From a virus, in IMG/VR virus record IMGVR_UViG_3300045988_107224: a DNA stretch of 40,431 bases, one strand, 5' to 3'. The notes below the pieces were generated by a model. The model ran no database searches, had not been told where the DNA came from, and saw nothing but the letters and a program-made list of their open reading frames with translations. Both the position numbers and the translations under genes were made by a program. Positions 6,499 through 13,899 of the stretch are shown piece by piece; within the stretch, counting starts at the first letter, position 1; every line of letters starts with the position of its first letter.

Positions 6499-6641
6499 CT
6501 TAAGAAACTACAAATGAGGACTTATTAGATTGTAATTTGCTAATATATTAGCGGTGTCGTACCCCCGTGGAAATCTGTAATGGAAATCCAGCCTTTTGTT
6601 TGTAGTAGGCTAAGCAGCGGGACAGGCGGCACCGCTTTTTT
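6499..6641 (+). ncRNA. structured 5' leader / attenuator-like RNA upstream of the antirepressor gene
   Basis: TTTG at 6463-6466 and TACCTTTG at 6486-6493. The 3' strand 6627-6636 precedes T6 (6636-6641) and has three alternative 5' partners (6493-6499, 6551-6559, 6616-6620). Confidence 0.45.
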
Positions 6642-6671
6642 GTTGCCTATAATCTTATAAAATATACAAAA

Positions 6672-7514
6672 ATGGAAGAAATCAAAATCTTTGAAAATGC
6701 TCAGTTTGGGCAAATCCGTACAGCAGTAACCGAAAAAGGCGAACCTTTATTTTGCCTTTCGGATTTGTGCAAGATTTTAGGATTGGGGAACCCAAGCCAA
6801 GCAAAAAAGACCTTACGCAAAGAGGGGGTCATTACTAATGAGGTAGGGGTGACTACAGGTACTAAGGCAAATGGAGAACCCGCTGAACAGGTCATTTCAA
6901 TGAATTTTATCACAGAACCAAATCTTTACAAGTGCATTTTCCAAAGCCGAAAGGAGGTTGCAGAACAGTTCCAAGACTGGGTTTGCGGTGAAGTCTTGCC
7001 GAGCATTCGCAAATCGGGTGGCTACATGGTTGCTAAGGCTGACGAAACGCCCGAACAGCTGATGGCGCGAGCGTTAGAAGTTGCTCACGAAACACTTGCA
7101 AAACGTGATGCAGCCTTACAGCAAGCCGAAACAAAGAATTTTGAATTGCAGTGTGAAAATGAACAGCTAAAGCCTGGAGCAACGTTTGCCAAAGCAGTTG
7201 AAACGTCTAAGCACTCTATATTGGTTGGAGAGCTTGCAAAGATTATCCGACAAAATGGAGTGGAGATTGGGCAAAATAGGCTTTTCGAAGTACTCCGCGA
7301 AAAGGGCTACTTATGCAAAAAGGGCGAAATGTACAACCAGCCCACGCAAAAAGCGCTTGATTTGAAGCTTTTTGAAATTAAGAAGACCGTCATTCAGAAG
7401 CCGAGCGGTGAAACGATTGTTACTACTACAACTAAGGTGACAGGCAAAGGACAGATTTACTTTGTAAACAAGTTTCTCCGCGAACAGCGGAAAAGCCAAA
7501 ATAAGCGCATTTAA
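6672..7514 (+). CDS. Bro-N / KilAC (ANT) antirepressor-family protein
   Basis: The N-terminus IFENAQFGQIRT..GEPLFCLSDLCKILGL is a Bro-N signature. The C-terminus LVGELAKIIRQNGVEIGQNRLFEVLREKGYL is KilAC-like. Confidence 0.85.
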   Translation: MEEIKIFENAQFGQIRTAVTEKGEPLFCLSDLCKILGLGNPSQAKKTLRKEGVITNEVGVTTGTKANGEPAEQVISMNFITEPNLYKCIFQSRKEVAEQFQDWVCGEVLPSIRKSGGYMVAKADETPEQLMARALEVAHETLAKRDAALQQAETKNFELQCENEQLKPGATFAKAVETSKHSILVGELAKIIRQNGVEIGQNRLFEVLREKGYLCKKGEMYNQPTQKALDLKLFEIKKTVIQKPSGETIVTTTTKVTGKGQIYFVNKFLREQRKSQNKRI

Positions 7515-7599
7515 GCGAACCTACAAAAATAAAGGAATAGTTGTCCACTTAGTCGGATAACGTGCCTCAAACGTAAAATCAAGCCAAAATAAAAGCATC

Positions 7600-8316
7600 A
7601 TGAAAGGAAGAATCAAAAGAACACAAGAAGTTAGCCGTGTCGTTTTACCTGTTATTGGGAAAATTAAGGTTGGCATCAAGGAAAAAAGTAGAAACGGAAC
7701 AGAATATCCGAAAAGCGTGGATTACTTTGTAGCAAGTGGAAAGTATGCAGCATTATTCAACGAAGCCTACGGAGATAAGCCTCAAACAATTCAAATCGTT
7801 TTTCCCGACGATAGTCCCGAAAATGTATGCAGTGAGCGTTACGAGTACCGCGATGACAAAGGAGCGTTAATTGCTAGCGGTGATGGCGAAACTTTTAACG
7901 TATGGGACGGCACAAAGTACGTAACGTTGCTTGCCTCTGATTATCCTAACTTGATGCAATCCATACAGCAGCGTTACCCGAGGAGGCACGGCAGACAAGA
8001 TGGCGATAATTGGGACATCGTACTAACAATTACTTTTATCATCCCTTTTGTTCGCGGAGTTGGTGGAGTATGGCAGTTTACCACAAAGGGCGCGGCATCA
8101 ACAATCCCAAACATAAGAGATACATTTGACGCAATGCTGGAACAGCGAGGAAAGGTCCGAGGAGTTATATTTGATTTAAGCGTGCAGTTCGCAAAATCTC
8201 AAAAGCCCGGCACAAACAGCCGTTATCCAGTTGTAACTATTGTTCCTAACGAGAGAGAGGAGAATTTAAAAAAGATTAAAGAAGCGTTTCAGCCTATCAA
8301 ATTAGAAAATAAATAG
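7600..8316 (+). CDS. hypothetical protein (from memory, weak resemblance to the phiC31 gp3-like family found in phage replication modules)
   Basis: Long ORF with good coding character. The pattern IGKIKVG..(N)..P.S.DYF....(N)..YGDKP..I.I.FP is only a recollection, not a search result. Confidence 0.7.
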   Translation: MKGRIKRTQEVSRVVLPVIGKIKVGIKEKSRNGTEYPKSVDYFVASGKYAALFNEAYGDKPQTIQIVFPDDSPENVCSERYEYRDDKGALIASGDGETFNVWDGTKYVTLLASDYPNLMQSIQQRYPRRHGRQDGDNWDIVLTITFIIPFVRGVGGVWQFTTKGAASTIPNIRDTFDAMLEQRGKVRGVIFDLSVQFAKSQKPGTNSRYPVVTIVPNEREENLKKIKEAFQPIKLENK

Positions 8317-8329
8317 TACATTTGCATAC

Positions 8330-8416
8330 GTGATTTGTAAGAAAATAGTTTCATCCATATATCTGAATTCTTAACCTATGCCGCATTGTCGTGATGATAA
8401 CGCGGCATATTTTTTT
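8330..8416 (+). ncRNA. mini-cassette 5 (family A copy 1): candidate ~85 nt small RNA
   Basis: TACATTTG at 8317-8324. An extended hairpin at 8378-8408 has loop GTGAT and is followed by T7 at 8410-8416. Confidence 0.4.
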
Positions 8417-8449
8417 GTTATTACGCGGTATATTATTATATTTGCACAA

Positions 8450-8537
8450 TTCATCAATGGATATTCGATTTTTAAGTTTTGCTTTTTTTGAATTACACTA
8501 ACTGAGCCGCATTGTCGTGATGATAACGCGGTTTTTT
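8450..8537 (+). ncRNA. mini-cassette 6 (family A copy 2): candidate ~85 nt small RNA
   Basis: TTTG at 8414-8417 and TATATTTG at 8437-8444. The hairpin at 8507-8531 is identical over 25 nt to 8381-8405 and is followed by T6. Confidence 0.4.
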
Positions 8538-8583
8538 GATAAGCGTAATTTATATTCCGTAATGCCTACGGAGATTTGGTTAT

Positions 8584-8633
8584 TTCATGGTTGATTGTTA
8601 GCCGCCTTTTCAGTGATGATAGGGCGGTTTTTT
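8584..8633 (+). ncRNA. mini-cassette 7 (family A, diverged copy): candidate small RNA with an unclear promoter
   Basis: The hairpin at 8602-8627 (CCGCC...GTGATGAT...GGCGG) is followed by T6. The only upstream box is the weak GAGATTTG at 8571-8578. Confidence 0.25.
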
Positions 8634-8679
8634 GTATTAAAATTTGAATTGAAAAGGAAATATTACTATCTTCGCAGCG

Positions 8680-8745
8680 TGTAACAAAGAAGTAGTGTTT
8701 TTGTTTTAGCTTGGCGCACAGCCCAAAGGACTGCGCGTTTTTTTT
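8680..8745 (+). ncRNA. mini-cassette 8: candidate ~65 nt small RNA
   Basis: TTTG at 8643-8646 and TATCTTCG at 8667-8674. An imperfect GC hairpin at 8714-8736 is followed by T8. Confidence 0.3.
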
Positions 8746-8791
8746 GTTTGTTGTTGGCTGAAATTAAAAAATAATACGTATCTTTGCAATC

Positions 8792-8849
8792 GATTTATGC
8801 TTAATGTAGTAGCGTTGTCCCATGAGAGTGGGGCAGCGCATTTTTTTTT
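8792..8849 (+). ncRNA. mini-cassette 9: candidate ~60 nt small RNA
   Basis: TATCTTTG at 8779-8786. An 11 bp hairpin (8812-8822 pairs with 8829-8839) is followed by T9 at 8841-8849. Confidence 0.35.
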
Positions 8850-8869
8850 GAAAAAATATTCGCAAATCC

Positions 8870-8900
8870 TTTGTTATATTATGAAAAATTACTACTTTTG
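8870..8900 (+). promoter_or_regulatory. Bacteroides-type promoter for the replication genes (8931..)
   Basis: TTTG, 19 nt spacer, TACTTTTG. Confidence 0.55.
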
Positions 8901-8930
8901 CAGTATCACAAAAAAATAAAACAACAGCCT

Positions 8931-9215
8931 ATGGAAAAAGGATTTATATTGCGCATTGACTTCGTAGAGAAGTTTGGTTTTTCAGGTACGACATTAGTAT
9001 TGGTGTCGTTGCTCGTAGATGCATTGCAGAAAGGCGACGGTTGGCTTACGATGCAACAGGATGAAATAGCTAAAATGCTTGGCATTTCATCAGCCCGTGT
9101 AAATCAAATCTTTCGAATATTGAAAAGAGGAGGGTTTCTCCTGCAAAAGAAAGCAACAGGAAGAAAATATAGAAATAGAAAAGAATACAAGTTTAACGAA
9201 GAAAAATTAAAGTAA
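8931..9215 (+). CDS. winged-helix / HTH DNA-binding protein
   Basis: DEIAKMLGISSARVNQIFRILKRGGFL. The ATG at 8931 is preferred because a promoter (8870-8873 / 8893-8900) lies inside the TTG-extended ORF 8871. Confidence 0.6.
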   Translation: MEKGFILRIDFVEKFGFSGTTLVLVSLLVDALQKGDGWLTMQQDEIAKMLGISSARVNQIFRILKRGGFLLQKKATGRKYRNRKEYKFNEEKLK

Positions 9216-9216
9216 T

Positions 9217-10092
9217 ATGAAGTACTATATTAACATAAATCAGAAATTCTCCGTAGAACACGGCTTAAATACGTCTGAATCGATTGTTTTTGCATGGCTG
9301 TACGAGTTGCCGTCATGGGCAGAAAGCATCTTAATAGGCAATAAAACATACTATTTCGGCAGCCGCAACAAGGCGGCGGCAGAGTTGCCACTTATAAGCG
9401 ACAAGCCGAATACGTTTCAGAAACTTTACAAGAAGTTAGAGGCAAAAGGGCTTATTGAGATTATCAAGATTGGCAAGGCTGAATACATAGCAATAACAGA
9501 CCTCGGAAAGGGGTGGTATTTATCCAGCGGAGAGCCAAAAAAGGAAGCACCAAAAAGCGAGAAAAAAATCCAAAACGAGGAAAATTTTCCACAAACGGCA
9601 GAAAAATCCTCAGAAATCGGGAAAAATTTCTCAAAAAACGAGGAAAATTTTCCTACAAATAATATATATAAGAATAATATAAATAATAATATAATATATA
9701 GAAGTCGCGAAAAAGAATTTTCGCAACACTCTCAACAAAATGGAGAGGTTGTGGAGTCTGAAATTATTGAGACTAAAGAGCTGAAAGGCGAGGGCGCAAA
9801 AAGGTTGTTTCGAAGTTTTTTTGCTGAAATAGATAAAGGCACTTATGACGAGCTTAACGCTCTGTTTAATGCCGAAGAGTATGCCGATATAAACTTAGTG
9901 TATTATTACCATGCTGTTGCAGACTGGAGCGACAGCGCAAACAAAAAGAGGACAAAGCGAGGATGGATTGCCACGATTAGAAACTTTATAAAATCAGACA
10001 AGGAAAAGGGTAAACTGCACACTATAAGTGCGGAACTATTTAAAGAGCAAATCAAAGTCAAACCAGAAGACTACTTAACATTAGACCTATGA
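9217..10092 (+). CDS. putative replication initiator / replisome organiser (N-terminal winged helix) carrying an internal iteron plus AT-rich module
   Basis: N-terminal wHTH-like domain. The low-complexity linker NEENFP..NEENFPTNNIYKNNINNNIIY is encoded by iterons and an AT block (9568-9724), a lambda O-like arrangement. Confidence 0.55.
   Translation: MKYYININQKFSVEHGLNTSESIVFAWLYELPSWAESILIGNKTYYFGSRNKAAAELPLISDKPNTFQKLYKKLEAKGLIEIIKIGKAEYIAITDLGKGWYLSSGEPKKEAPKSEKKIQNEENFPQTAEKSSEIGKNFSKNEENFPTNNIYKNNINNNIIYRSREKEFSQHSQQNGEVVESEIIETKELKGEGAKRLFRSFFAEIDKGTYDELNALFNAEEYADINLVYYYHAVADWSDSANKKRTKRGWIATIRNFIKSDKEKGKLHTISAELFKEQIKVKPEDYLTLDL
9568..9724 (+). repeat. origin-like module, copy B (inside CDS 9217..10092)
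   Basis: AAAACGAGGAAAATTTTCC occurs at 9572-9590 and 9635-9653 (63 bp apart), with a degenerate site at 9619-9632. ACAAATAATATATATAA lies at 9655-9671, followed by an AT block and GCGAAAAAGAATTTTCGC at 9707-9724. Confidence 0.6.
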
Positions 10093-11000
10093 GCTACGAT
10101 ATAATGACAAAAGGAAATACTGCTGTATCAGTTGTAACAACGCAAAAAGCCGTAGACGTGCGTAGAAATATGGTGCAGCGTAAAGAAATATTAGGCGCTC
10201 TTTGTGTAGCTGATAGGAGGATTTTAGCAGCGTCGGCAAAAAAGCTAATTAGCGAAATGAATGACGAAGAGCTGATAAATGCTATTGCAAGTGTATTTAG
10301 ACTTGTTGCTGCTGATGTTGGCTATAAGATTACAGACAAGGAACTATGGCAGCAGACGTTGTCTCGAATATACACGATGCTTAAAGCGTATTACCAGCAG
10401 CTAAGCATGACGGATATAAGTCTTGCTTTTGAGTTGTTCGTCGTCGGGAAGCTTGATAAATACCTTCCACAGCGTAATGGAGAGGTAGACAAAAACCACT
10501 ATCAACAATTTAGCCCGATGTATGTTAATACTGTCCTCAATGCTTACGTACAACGGCAGCGTGACGCATTGGCTAATGCTTACGAGGTCAAAGTGGATGA
10601 GCTACAGGAGCCAACCGAGGAGCGAGAAAAGAAAGGGCGAAACTACATTCGGGCAAAATTTATCAATGCTTTTTTGTATTACAAGTACCACGGCAAAATA
10701 ATATTCGATGGCGCAGACGATATGTTTTATTACAGCCTTGCACGCAAGTTGGGCTACGCAGATAAAGTCGTTGAGACTGATGCGGACAAACAAAAGGCTT
10801 TCGGCATATACATGAGCCGTTATTACAGGGGGCTTGTAAATAGGTTCGATGCATATAACGTACGCAAGGAGGGCGCAAAAAGTGACAGGATAGCCCACTT
10901 GGCTACAATAGAGGCGCGGAAAGCAGAAGTAAAACGAGCGTTCGCGCGTATGGTTGGAAACGGAGTAATAATAACAAATATAGTACGCTATGAATTTTAA
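10089..11000 (+). CDS. hypothetical protein (replication module)
   Basis: ATGA overlap with the upstream gene. 303 aa ORF with no recognised motif. Confidence 0.75.
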   Translation: MSYDIMTKGNTAVSVVTTQKAVDVRRNMVQRKEILGALCVADRRILAASAKKLISEMNDEELINAIASVFRLVAADVGYKITDKELWQQTLSRIYTMLKAYYQQLSMTDISLAFELFVVGKLDKYLPQRNGEVDKNHYQQFSPMYVNTVLNAYVQRQRDALANAYEVKVDELQEPTEEREKKGRNYIRAKFINAFLYYKYHGKIIFDGADDMFYYSLARKLGYADKVVETDADKQKAFGIYMSRYYRGLVNRFDAYNVRKEGAKSDRIAHLATIEARKAEVKRAFARMVGNGVIITNIVRYEF

Positions 11001-11589
11001 AAAAATTGGATGTATAAAGACCTATGTTGGCATAGACCCGGGAGCCAATGGAGGAATTGCTATAAATAGGGGCGGGGAAATTTTTTTACATAAAATGCCG
11101 AAAACCACGTTAGAGTTTGCGGACCTCTTGAAAGCCTTGCACGTTGGCAGTACTTTGGTGGTTATTGAAAAGGTAGGAGTGCGCCCCGATGATGTAGCCG
11201 TGGCAGATGGCGCGGTTAATTTCGGCAAGCTGTACCGCGTGCAGAAAATGGTGGCGAACTTTGAAGCGCTGAAAACCGCGTTAGACCTTTCTGGGCTTGC
11301 ATACGTCACAGCACACCCGATGAAATGGCAGAGTTTTTTAAGCGTGAGGATAAAGGGCATGGAAAAGGCAACACGCAAAAGACACTTTAAGGAGATAGCG
11401 CAAAGTTTGTATCCACAAACAAAGCAAACATTGTGGTCGGCTGATGCAACGCTAATAATGCACTTCGGCATGATGGCAGCCGAACGCAATTTGCAGTATT
11501 TTCGCTCAAAAATGCCTAAGGAGAAGTTCGGAATGCTATTTAGAGCCGATTTAAGCGCGTTTGAGGGCGTTTCTCGCGCTAAATGGTAA
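10990..11589 (+). CDS. RuvC-like Holliday junction resolvase
   Basis: YVGIDPGANGGIAI ... VVIEKV ... SADATLIM matches the acidic catalytic motif order of the RuvC/RNase H fold. Confidence 0.72.
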   Translation: MNFKKIGCIKTYVGIDPGANGGIAINRGGEIFLHKMPKTTLEFADLLKALHVGSTLVVIEKVGVRPDDVAVADGAVNFGKLYRVQKMVANFEALKTALDLSGLAYVTAHPMKWQSFLSVRIKGMEKATRKRHFKEIAQSLYPQTKQTLWSADATLIMHFGMMAAERNLQYFRSKMPKEKFGMLFRADLSAFEGVSRAKW

Positions 11590-11821
11590 ACTATAAAGGT
11601 AAGTGCAAAATAAGCCGTTAGAGCCAAAATAACGAAGGAAGAAGAATATCTTTGTTTATTATGGTCCGAAGGCTTGTTTTGTATATAGACAAACTTTCGC
11701 GGTCGTTGCGTACTGAGCTAAGATTGGGAATAAAATAAAGTTGTGTTTGCAAGGTGGGAGATTACAAAACGCGATGAAAGCGAAAATAATTACAGAAAAA
11801 CAACAAAAAAGCACACAAAAA

Positions 11822-11853
11822 TTTGATTGGAACAAAATAAAGTACTACCTTTG
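11822..11853 (+). promoter_or_regulatory. Bacteroides-type promoter for 11903.., near-identical to the 3742-3773 promoter
   Basis: TTTG, 20 nt spacer, TACCTTTG. The flanks AAAATAAAGTACTAYCTTTGCACTATCAA are shared with 3753-3781. Confidence 0.6.
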
Positions 11854-11902
11854 CACTATCAAAAATAAAACAAAACAACAAAACAAACAAAAACCTACAA
11901 TT

Positions 11903-12325
11903 ATGGCAAAGTACACAGTTAAATTCGCTTGCGGTCACGAAGAAGTAATTAACCTCTACGGCTCACACGCTGAAAGAGAACGCAAGATTGCTTACTATCA
12001 AGAGCATGGCAAATGCTCAGAATGCTACAAGGCAGATAAAAAAGCCGAAAAGGTAGCAGAAGTATCAAAAATTGAAGATATGCCCGAATTGCAAGGCACT
12101 GAAAAACAAGTTTCATTGGCTAAAGATATCCGCAATAAGATGGCAGCAGAAGTTGTTGAGTATATCGAAAGCAAGACAAAAACGAACGTTAAGACGTTTG
12201 CGGCTGCTTTTGCGGCATTCAGCGAAGAGCAGAAAGCGTTGGCTGTAAGAAATTCCGAAGTTATTGCCAAATACGTAACTCTGATAACTGAAACGAGCGC
12301 AAAGTATTACATTGAAAATCGATAA
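11903..12325 (+). CDS. hypothetical protein with an N-terminal CGH..(N)..CSEC zinc-binding-like motif
   Basis: The ATG at 11903 follows the promoter 11822-11825 / 11846-11853. The 11741 extension would include that promoter. Confidence 0.65.
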   Translation: MAKYTVKFACGHEEVINLYGSHAERERKIAYYQEHGKCSECYKADKKAEKVAEVSKIEDMPELQGTEKQVSLAKDIRNKMAAEVVEYIESKTKTNVKTFAAAFAAFSEEQKALAVRNSEVIAKYVTLITETSAKYYIENR

Positions 12326-12329
12326 AATC

Positions 12330-12758
12330 ATGAAACAGAAATATCAAACAGTTGGTGCGATTGATAACGATGGGCGCCTAAAGTGTTACAAGCAAGAAAT
12401 GAACGACTTTTTTAGACAGCATAAGTGTGAAAAGGTTGTTATAAAGTTTGAAGTGTTGGGCGATGAACCAAGCGCAAATCTAAAAGCGTATTACTACAAG
12501 GTTGTAGTACCAACATTTGTACAAGCGTTGTGGGAGCGCGGGACACGGAAAACTCAAGAAGATGTAGAGTATATGCTTCGCACGTTTTCTCCAATCATGA
12601 TAGCAGAGGAGTTTGATAAAGATGGGAGTGTAAGTACGCGAATAAGAAAAATTACAGAGGTGACGCACGAAGAACTCTGCGAACATATTGAAACTATCAA
12701 ACAATTTGCGGCAGAAGATTTTGGCATCTACATAGAGGACCCACGAACGTTGAAGTAA
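12330..12758 (+). CDS. hypothetical protein
   Basis: First ATG after the upstream stop at 12325. A TTG alternative exists at 12312. Confidence 0.65.
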   Translation: MKQKYQTVGAIDNDGRLKCYKQEMNDFFRQHKCEKVVIKFEVLGDEPSANLKAYYYKVVVPTFVQALWERGTRKTQEDVEYMLRTFSPIMIAEEFDKDGSVSTRIRKITEVTHEELCEHIETIKQFAAEDFGIYIEDPRTLK

Positions 12759-12795
12759 AAAAACAACAACAAACAAGCAAAAAAGTATCAAATAA

Positions 12796-12826
12796 TTTGC
12801 TACAATAAAAATATTTGCTACTTTTG
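12796..12826 (+). promoter_or_regulatory. Bacteroides-type promoter for 12853..
   Basis: TTTG, 19 nt spacer, TACTTTTG. ATTTGCTAC occurs twice (12795-12803 and 12813-12821). Confidence 0.55.
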
Positions 12827-12852
12827 CAGCGTTGAACAAATAAAACAAAAAC

Positions 12853-13089
12853 ATGGAATTAAGTAGTTATCTTATTGACGTTTACGCTTATAGAAAGCGA
12901 CCCGACGGAGTTATTTGGCTCTATGCAAATATGCCAAAATACTCAGAAATTTTTGAGGATTATATTGATAGTTCAGTTATCGGAGTGCTAAAAGAGGGTG
13001 ACCTTGAAGCGTTAGGGCTTACACCCGAAATGGTAACAGGAAAGCCTTGTTTGGTAAGTGGTACGAAAATTAAAATATCATTCGAATGA
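12853..13089 (+). CDS. hypothetical protein
   Basis: ATG downstream of the promoter 12796-12799 / 12819-12826. Confidence 0.6.
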   Translation: MELSSYLIDVYAYRKRPDGVIWLYANMPKYSEIFEDYIDSSVIGVLKEGDLEALGLTPEMVTGKPCLVSGTKIKISFE

Positions 13090-13631
13090 AACGAGTAAAA
13101 TTATACTATAAAGGCCAAGAAATTGGAGTTTATGACAATAAAAAAGACGCGCAATGTGTCGTTGTCTTGCGTATGAATGAAAACCCCGATGTATCGGTAT
13201 TTGCTTTCGGTATCGAGTATGTAGAATTTCCTCTAACGGTCCGAGAGGCAAAAGAGGTATTAGGGACAAGCGAAAAGACATGTTACTTACTTTCGGGCAA
13301 TGGCGGTGTAACTGTGTCGCGAACGAAATTGCAAGCCCTTTGCAATGAGGCAGACGCAAGCAGCCTAAACGCTTTACTTGCGTTTAATAAGTTGATGACT
13401 CTTGCAAAAGCATGGGACAAGATAGACAACTTTAAACCTTCTTACGAGAGCGGAGTAGAAATGTTTATCCCTTGTTCCGAAGCGTTTGGAGGTGATTTCA
13501 AACTGATATGCGTTTCGCAAGCGTTGAAAGCCGCTATTAAATACCCGGCTGAAATGTGCTTTAAAACGGCTGAAAGTGCCGCGCGTTTTGGCAAATTGTT
13601 TGAGGAGGATTATAAAAAGCTATTGTTGTAA
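13086..13631 (+). CDS. hypothetical protein
   Basis: ATGA overlap with the previous gene. 181 aa. Confidence 0.7.
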   Translation: MKRVKLYYKGQEIGVYDNKKDAQCVVVLRMNENPDVSVFAFGIEYVEFPLTVREAKEVLGTSEKTCYLLSGNGGVTVSRTKLQALCNEADASSLNALLAFNKLMTLAKAWDKIDNFKPSYESGVEMFIPCSEAFGGDFKLICVSQALKAAIKYPAEMCFKTAESAARFGKLFEEDYKKLLL

Positions 13632-13680
13632 ATATTGCAGCCCTTGCAATATCCGTGAGGGCTGCACAAACAAAAAAACT

Positions 13681-13899
13681 ATGTGGAAACCAAAAGACGA
13701 TGAAATTGTATTTTCGCTAAAAGTTACAAAAGATTTTCGCTTTACCTCTACTAAGATAGAATGGGCGAACAATGACAAAGTTCTGCAAAGAGCGTTCGAG
13801 CAGGGAGTTATATTTAAATACGCAGACGATGCGCTTGAACTTTGCAGAAAGATAAACTATTTAATTGAAAATTTTAAAAATTCTGAAAATGGAAAATGA
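13681..13899 (+). CDS. hypothetical protein (72 aa)
   Basis: The ATG at 13681 follows a 9 bp hairpin (13636-13666). The longer 13576 start lies inside the previous gene. Confidence 0.55.
   Translation: MWKPKDDEIVFSLKVTKDFRFTSTKIEWANNDKVLQRAFEQGVIFKYADDALELCRKINYLIENFKNSENGK

Noticed and set aside
6551-6635. An ~85 nt segment closed by a 7-9 bp stem (GCGGTGT.. / ..GCACCGC) that superficially resembles a tRNA acceptor stem.
   Set aside because: There is no D-loop or T-loop consensus (no GTTCRA-type motif) and no cloverleaf arm spacing. It fits better as part of the attenuator-like leader.
8381-8627. Possible mini-CRISPR array or solitary CRISPR repeats formed by the 25 nt repeat.
   Set aside because: There are only two identical copies plus one diverged copy. 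Spacing is irregular (126 and 95 bp), far above spacer length. Each copy is a hairpin followed by a U-tract, so it behaves as a terminator. Mimicry of a host CRISPR repeat cannot be excluded without a database search.
8871-8930. N-terminal extensions of track ORFs: 8871, 11741, 13576, 13865, 22689, 24761, 29761, 5238, 5047, 12312 and 15202.
   Set aside because: The extensions use TTG or GTG starts, overlap the preceding gene, or contain the gene's own promoter and A-rich leader. An internal ATG directly after the upstream stop or promoter is more parsimonious.
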